Translations under genes and position numbers: made by a program
Notes under the pieces: generated by a model
Told to the model about the DNA's origin: nothing
Databases searched by the model: none
The model's input: the letters and a program-made list of their open reading frames with translations, nothing else
DNA from: Bacteriovoracia bacterium
GTDB lineage: Bacteria > Bdellovibrionota > Bacteriovoracia > Bacteriovoracales > Bacteriovoracaceae
NCBI GenBank assembly: GCA_046570105.1
Contig: JBKHVI010000016.1
Span: 1-50,289 of the forward strand
Direction: 5' to 3'
Length of the DNA: 50,289 nucleotides
Part shown: positions 45,496 through 50,289 of the stretch, piece after piece
How the letters are laid out: each line of letters begins with the position of its first letter
Numbering within the stretch: position 1 is the stretch's first letter

Positions 45496-47004
45496 ATGTT
45501 TATGAAACTCAAGGGTGATTTTTTTGACGGACAGTGGCATTCGCCTACAACTCCCCCCAATGAAACCCTAAAAAAACAAAGTCCTGCCGATTTATCCGTG
45601 ACTCTCTGGGAGGCCCAAGTTTGGCATGCCCACACTGACGCTGTTGTGGAGTCGGCCATCAAAGGTTTTGAGACTTGGCGCAAACTCTCTTTTGAAGAGC
45701 GCTCGGTTTATATTCGCCGCTATCAAGAAGCTGTCAAAAAACGTGGCGATCAAATTGCGGAACGTCTTGCTTGGGAAGTCGGAAAACCACTTTGGGAAGC
45801 CAAAACAGAAGCCGCTGCACTTGTGAGTAAAGTTGATGTAACGCTGGCCGATTCATGGAAGCGCATCGAAACCAAAACGATTAAAGAAGTCATGCCTAAG
45901 ATTGATGGTCACACCGTGATGAAACCGATTGGTCCGTCATTTGTTATTGGCCCTTTCAATTTCCCCTGTCACTTGGCCAACGGTCAAATCTTGGCCGCTC
46001 TGACTGCCGGCAATAGCGTGATCTTTAAGCCTTCAGAAAAAACTATTGGCAGTGCTGAACTCATGATGGAAGCCTTTGTGGAAGCAGGGTTCCCTAAGGG
46101 TGTCATCAATTTCATTAACGGCACTGGAGTCACCGCAGGAAAACTTACCGCTGACCCACGTGTGCGCGCTGTCTTTTTCACCGGCTCGCGTGCTGTTGGG
46201 AAAATGATTCTAAAAAACACACACCAAGATTTGAAAAAAATGGTCGCCCTTGAACTCGGTGGCAAGAACTCCACGATTGTTCATCACGATGCTCACATTC
46301 CTCATGCTCTGCCAGAATTACTGCGTGCCTGCTATCTCACTTCGGGTCAGCGTTGTACTTCAACCTCGATGATTCTTGTTCATCGTAAAATCGCTAATCA
46401 ATTTATCGATGAATTTAAAAAAGTCGCAGAACGTATTCGCGTCGATCATCCCGTGCTATCAGAAAAACCTGCTTTCATGGGCCCGGTGATTGATGCACAA
46501 GCCGAAAAATTATACTTAGACTTCTGCGCGCAAGGCCTTAAAGAAGGTGCAGAAGAATTGATCGCTCCTCGTAAACTAGAAATGAAGTGGCAGGGACATT
46601 ATGTTTCGCCTTCTCTGCATTTCTTAGAGAAAGTCGATCTCAGGGGTAAATTCGTTCAAGAAGAAATCTTTGGACCCAATGCCTGCTTTATGCCTTATGA
46701 CGATATTGATGAGGCCATCGCCCATGCCAACTGTACTGAGTACGGCCTGGCCGCGTCAGTCTTCACACGCGATCAAAGTATCTTCCAGCATTGTTTACGT
46801 GATCTTGATGCCGGCCTTATTAATCTCAATCGCTCAACGGTAGGAGCTACTGCACGTCTGCCATTTGGTGGAGTCAAAGATTCTGGAAATTTCCGTCCGG
46901 CTGCTGTCAGCATGATTGACCATTGCGTCCACACGGTCGCTGCTCTTGAGACGACTGATGACACTAGCTCGAAGCTTACCGACGTGGTGGGCCTGAAGGA
47001 TTAA
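45496..47004 (+). CDS. astD: Aldehyde dehydrogenase, likely succinylglutamate-semialdehyde dehydrogenase
   Basis: 'GPFNFPCHLANG' (AstD-type), 'FKPSE', 'LELGGKN', 'SGQRCT', 'EEIFGP', 'SGNFRPA'; near astC/astA. Confidence 0.8.
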   Translation: MFMKLKGDFFDGQWHSPTTPPNETLKKQSPADLSVTLWEAQVWHAHTDAVVESAIKGFETWRKLSFEERSVYIRRYQEAVKKRGDQIAERLAWEVGKPLWEAKTEAAALVSKVDVTLADSWKRIETKTIKEVMPKIDGHTVMKPIGPSFVIGPFNFPCHLANGQILAALTAGNSVIFKPSEKTIGSAELMMEAFVEAGFPKGVINFINGTGVTAGKLTADPRVRAVFFTGSRAVGKMILKNTHQDLKKMVALELGGKNSTIVHHDAHIPHALPELLRACYLTSGQRCTSTSMILVHRKIANQFIDEFKKVAERIRVDHPVLSEKPAFMGPVIDAQAEKLYLDFCAQGLKEGAEELIAPRKLEMKWQGHYVSPSLHFLEKVDLRGKFVQEEIFGPNACFMPYDDIDEAIAHANCTEYGLAASVFTRDQSIFQHCLRDLDAGLINLNRSTVGATARLPFGGVKDSGNFRPAAVSMIDHCVHTVAALETTDDTSSKLTDVVGLKD

Positions 47005-48228
47005 ATGAACACCACAACTCTAGAGCAAGACGCTCTAAAGAAAGAAAATCTCATCATCTATATTTTAGGTGCGATTCAATTCGTCCACATTCTCGACTTC
47101 GTTATTTTGATGCCGCTAGGACCGATGCTCATGCGTACGTTCCAAGTATCACCTTCGCAATTTGGTATGTTGGTATCGAGCTATACTTTTGCCGCAGGTA
47201 TCGCCAATTTCTTAGCTTCGATTGTGGCCGATCGCTTTGAGCGCAAACGTATGTTGCAAGTTTGTTTTGCTGGTTTCCTCGTCGGAACTCTGCTTTGTGC
47301 TCTCGCTCCAAATTTTGAAATGCTCTTGGCGGCAAGAATATTTGCTGGTGCCTTTGGTGGCGTCTTAAACGCGGTGGTGTTTGCACTCGTGCCAGACATT
47401 ATTCCTCCTCAAAGACGTGGTACTGCAAACGGTGTGATCATGTCAGCATTCTCTGTTTCAAGCGTTATCGGAGTTCCGATAGGTCTTGCCCTCGCTGAAT
47501 GGTTTGATTGGCATGCCCCATTTCTCTTCATTGTCGTGATTGGTCTTTTGATTTGGTGGCTAGCGGCCCTTATCATTCCCAAGGTCAACAATCGCACTGA
47601 ACCACGACCTGCGATGGATACGCTTCGCCAATTTGCCGCGATTGCGACAGAGAGAAAACATATTGAAGGTTTTTTACTAACCTCCCTGTTGGCATTCGGC
47701 ATTTTTATGATCGTGCCTTTTATCTCTCCTTCCATGGTGAGAAACGTAGGTCTCGCTGAATCAGATCTTAAATACATTTATCTCGTTGGTGGAGCCGCCA
47801 CCGTTTTCTCCGCGCGCTGGATTGGACGCTTATGCGATCGTCTGGGGTGCTTTCGTATGTTTACTTGGGTGGGTGGAATTTCCTTTATTCCTATTCTTTT
47901 GATAACTCACCTTGGAGTGACTCCATTGGTACTCACCCTTTGTGTCTCATCACTCTTTATGATGACAGGATCGGGGCGATTCATTCCTGCTATGACTTTG
48001 CTATCACTGGTGGTTGAACCTAAGAAGCGCGGAACATTCATGGGTCTTGAGAATGCTTTCCGCCAACTGGCTTCTGGAGCAGCCTCACTCTTTGCTGGCG
48101 TGGTTATCTATGAAGGCAGCAACGGTAGATTAGAAAACTTTGGACTACTGGGTATATTGACTGTCATTGTGACGTTTCTTGCTTGGGTATTCGCTCGACG
48201 AATTGCTCGTGAGGCCGGAGTTAACTAA
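47005..48228 (+). CDS. MFS transporter
   Basis: About 12 hydrophobic segments; motif A-like 'ADRFERKR' and 'GRLCDRLG'. Confidence 0.9.
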   Translation: MNTTTLEQDALKKENLIIYILGAIQFVHILDFVILMPLGPMLMRTFQVSPSQFGMLVSSYTFAAGIANFLASIVADRFERKRMLQVCFAGFLVGTLLCALAPNFEMLLAARIFAGAFGGVLNAVVFALVPDIIPPQRRGTANGVIMSAFSVSSVIGVPIGLALAEWFDWHAPFLFIVVIGLLIWWLAALIIPKVNNRTEPRPAMDTLRQFAAIATERKHIEGFLLTSLLAFGIFMIVPFISPSMVRNVGLAESDLKYIYLVGGAATVFSARWIGRLCDRLGCFRMFTWVGGISFIPILLITHLGVTPLVLTLCVSSLFMMTGSGRFIPAMTLLSLVVEPKKRGTFMGLENAFRQLASGAASLFAGVVIYEGSNGRLENFGLLGILTVIVTFLAWVFARRIAREAGVN

Positions 48229-49136
48229 TGTCTGAATTCACTCGGGCGCTTTTTGCCGGTATCTTGGCCTTTGCTTGCTGGGGACTATTTCCCATTTACT
48301 GGAAACTCTTTCCCGAACTCACTGGCGATCGTCTGTTCATGCATCGATTGTTTTGGAGTTTAATCACACTCGCGATCATCATCCCGTTAGTGAACAGAAC
48401 TAAAAGTTTGCTGGCGATCTTTAAAGACAATCGACGTTGGTGGCTACTCTTATCGGCAGTGCTTATATCATCCAACTGGCTGCTTTATATGGTGGCGGTG
48501 ACCAGCGGCCATATTTTAGAAGCCAGCATGGGTTATTTCCTGAACCCACTTTTAAATATCTTATTTGGTTGGCTCTTTTTAAAAGAGCGTTTGAGGCTCA
48601 CCCAAATCCCAGCGGTGATATTGGCGGTTCTTGGTGTTGTTTGGATTGGAATGACAGCGGGCCTTGATGCTTTTCCTTGGATGGCGCTGTCTCTCTCACT
48701 GACTTGGGGATCTTATGGAGTGATTCGTAAACTCACGCATGTGGGTCCCTTGGAAGGACTCACCTATGAAACCGCAGTTGTTTTTCTACCCTTTCTCATT
48801 TGGTACTCCCAACTGGGTGGCTCAGTCGCTCAAGACATTGAGGCACTAGGAGCACTCAAAACCTTTGGCCTCATGCTCTCTGGCGTCATTACTTGTCTCC
48901 CCTTGGTTCTCTTTGCCTATGCCGCTCGCAGACTTCCTCTACAAACACTAGGCTTTATCCAATACCTCTCTCCCACTCTCAAATTTATCTGCGGCTGGGC
49001 GATTTTCCACGAGCCTATGCCCGCCAGTCGTTGGCAGGGTTTTATTTATATTTGGGTAGGGCTTCTTTGGTATACAATTGAACAAGTGCTCCATAACCGA
49101 TACCAGGCGCGAAAAATACGTGAACTCCCCGTTTAA
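48228..49136 (+). CDS. rarD: EamA family transporter RarD
   Basis: 'WGLFPIYWK', 'SSNWLLY', 'EASMGYFLNPL', 'LGFIQYLSP'. Confidence 0.9.
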   Translation: MSEFTRALFAGILAFACWGLFPIYWKLFPELTGDRLFMHRLFWSLITLAIIIPLVNRTKSLLAIFKDNRRWWLLLSAVLISSNWLLYMVAVTSGHILEASMGYFLNPLLNILFGWLFLKERLRLTQIPAVILAVLGVVWIGMTAGLDAFPWMALSLSLTWGSYGVIRKLTHVGPLEGLTYETAVVFLPFLIWYSQLGGSVAQDIEALGALKTFGLMLSGVITCLPLVLFAYAARRLPLQTLGFIQYLSPTLKFICGWAIFHEPMPASRWQGFIYIWVGLLWYTIEQVLHNRYQARKIRELPV

Positions 49137-49557
49137 AATTCTTATTGTTGATGATGAGGTTGAACTCACTGAAATCCTCTCAACTATTATTGCCAAAGAT
49201 GATCGACAGATTGAAGTCGCACTCAACGGAAAACTAGCGCTTGAGAAAACTCAATCTACGACATTTGATTTAATTATCTGTGATCTTTCGATGCCGCAAA
49301 TGAGTGGAACGGCTTTCTTTGAAAAAGCACGCGCCCAAAAGGTTTTCTGTCCTTTTATCTTCTTAACAGGGCATTATGATCATTTATCTGAAGCCGTTAA
49401 TTTAAATAAATATGGAGTAAGTATTTTTGGAAAAACACAACTCCAAAGCATGATCAAACAAATCGACATAATACTAGCCCAAGCAAATAACAATTTCATT
49501 ACGGATGATATTAGTGATGCGATTAAGGCCTTACTTAGCCTTAAAGGCCGTGTTTAA
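49120..49557 (+). CDS. Single-domain response regulator
   Basis: 'KILIVDDE', 'FDLIICDLSMPQMSG', 'FLTG'; the GTG at 49120 is the likely start. Confidence 0.85.
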   Translation: MNSPFKILIVDDEVELTEILSTIIAKDDRQIEVALNGKLALEKTQSTTFDLIICDLSMPQMSGTAFFEKARAQKVFCPFIFLTGHYDHLSEAVNLNKYGVSIFGKTQLQSMIKQIDIILAQANNNFITDDISDAIKALLSLKGRV

Positions 49558-50289
49558 AAATCAATCCTATAAGAGAGATAATAGTTATTCACTGTTTCGC
49601 GATTATCTTCAAAATTGAATGAATCAGACTTAGCAGTATAATTGTAAAGGCCTACACGAATAATTTGAGCGTACTTAAACGGCATCGTAAAAAAGATATG
49701 TTGCCCAGAGTTTCGTGAGCGAATGTAGAAATCATTAAAATGCAAATAGGCTCTATCGTCTAAATAATAAGCGCGACCCGTATGAATCAATTCTGCTCCG
49801 AGAATTTGACCTTTCTCAAACTGATAACTCAAACTTGTTAAGTAAGCATCAAAAGTATCAGGGGCCTCACCACTCATCTCTTGTTGAACATGCAAATGAC
49901 TTAAAGATAAGTTGAGACCGGTTTGAGCAATTCTTTCTAGCCCTAGATAAAAAGTGTGATTAAACGCACGAAAGTATTCAATACCAGGTCTGTCAGCGTC
50001 TTGGTATTCACTGTCGTAATAATCATCGTAGTACCAGAGCATGGAATATACTGATAAACGCTCAGTCCATTTGAGTTTGCTTATTTCCCATTCATTCAAA
50101 ATAGCAATTTGATCTGAGCGTGAAGTGACTCGATCTCCTGTCGTAGCATCATTAAGAGCTGTCGCACGGTCTGTATCATTAAGTGAGATAAAGGGAGTAT
50201 AGAAAACTCTTGTTATGAATGATTGATTCGAAGGCATAAAATCTTTGAAGTTATAACCGGCTGCCACACCATCAAAAATGGCATTATAG
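49554..50289 (-). CDS. Putative outer-membrane beta-barrel protein, 5'-truncated by the window edge
   Basis: Frame is open to the window end; alternating aromatic beta-strand patterns; C-terminal 'YYLSYRIDF' fits the BAM signal with terminal Phe. Confidence 0.6.
   Translation of the reverse strand, partial: YNAIFDGVAAGYNFKDFMPSNQSFITRVFYTPFISLNDTDRATALNDATTGDRVTSRSDQIAILNEWEISKLKWTERLSVYSMLWYYDDYYDSEYQDADRPGIEYFRAFNHTFYLGLERIAQTGLNLSLSHLHVQQEMSGEAPDTFDAYLTSLSYQFEKGQILGAELIHTGRAYYLDDRAYLHFNDFYIRSRNSGQHIFFTMPFKYAQIIRVGLYNYTAKSDSFNFEDNRETVNNYYLSYRIDF

Noticed and set aside
1..50289. CRISPR array, rRNA, tRNA, IS element, integrase or prophage
   Set aside because: No regularly spaced repeats, structural RNA signatures, transposase or phage genes were recognised; the window is almost fully protein-coding.

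Overview
Bacterial chromosomal window. Gene content and the many Cys-containing secreted hypothetical proteins suggest a predatory Bdellovibrionota (Bacteriovorax/Peredibacter-like); this assignment is an inference. Housekeeping blocks: hemY-like oxidase (cut by the left edge), lptE-holA divergent from dciA, aroK-hypothetical-alr-mlaEFD, yceD-rpmF-fabHDG-acpP-fabF-glyA-nrdR-nusB, a fused E1 alpha/beta 2-oxoacid dehydrogenase, a split arginine succinyltransferase set (astC, astA, astD plus DUF1338), a beta-CASP nuclease, an MFS transporter, rarD and a response regulator. Most interesting items: (1) a GYF-like gene after mlaD with A10 and A9 runs, where one extra A at the A9 run fuses it in frame to the next 367-aa ORF and a slip at the A10 run truncates it (candidate programmed slippage); (2) a tandem pair of secreted proteins with BPI/LBP (TULIP)-like signatures; (3) an AT-richer insert with a lytic transglycosylase, two paralogous helical envelope proteins (candidate two-component pore) and a DUF6516/HTH toxin-antitoxin-like pair; (4) an MlaD with a C-terminal beta-barrel-like extension; (5) a six-gene secreted cluster with a dihaem c protein and an apparently frameshifted metalloprotease; (6) DUF1338 next to ast genes with no astB/astE in the window. 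No rRNA, tRNA, CRISPR array or transposase was recognised.
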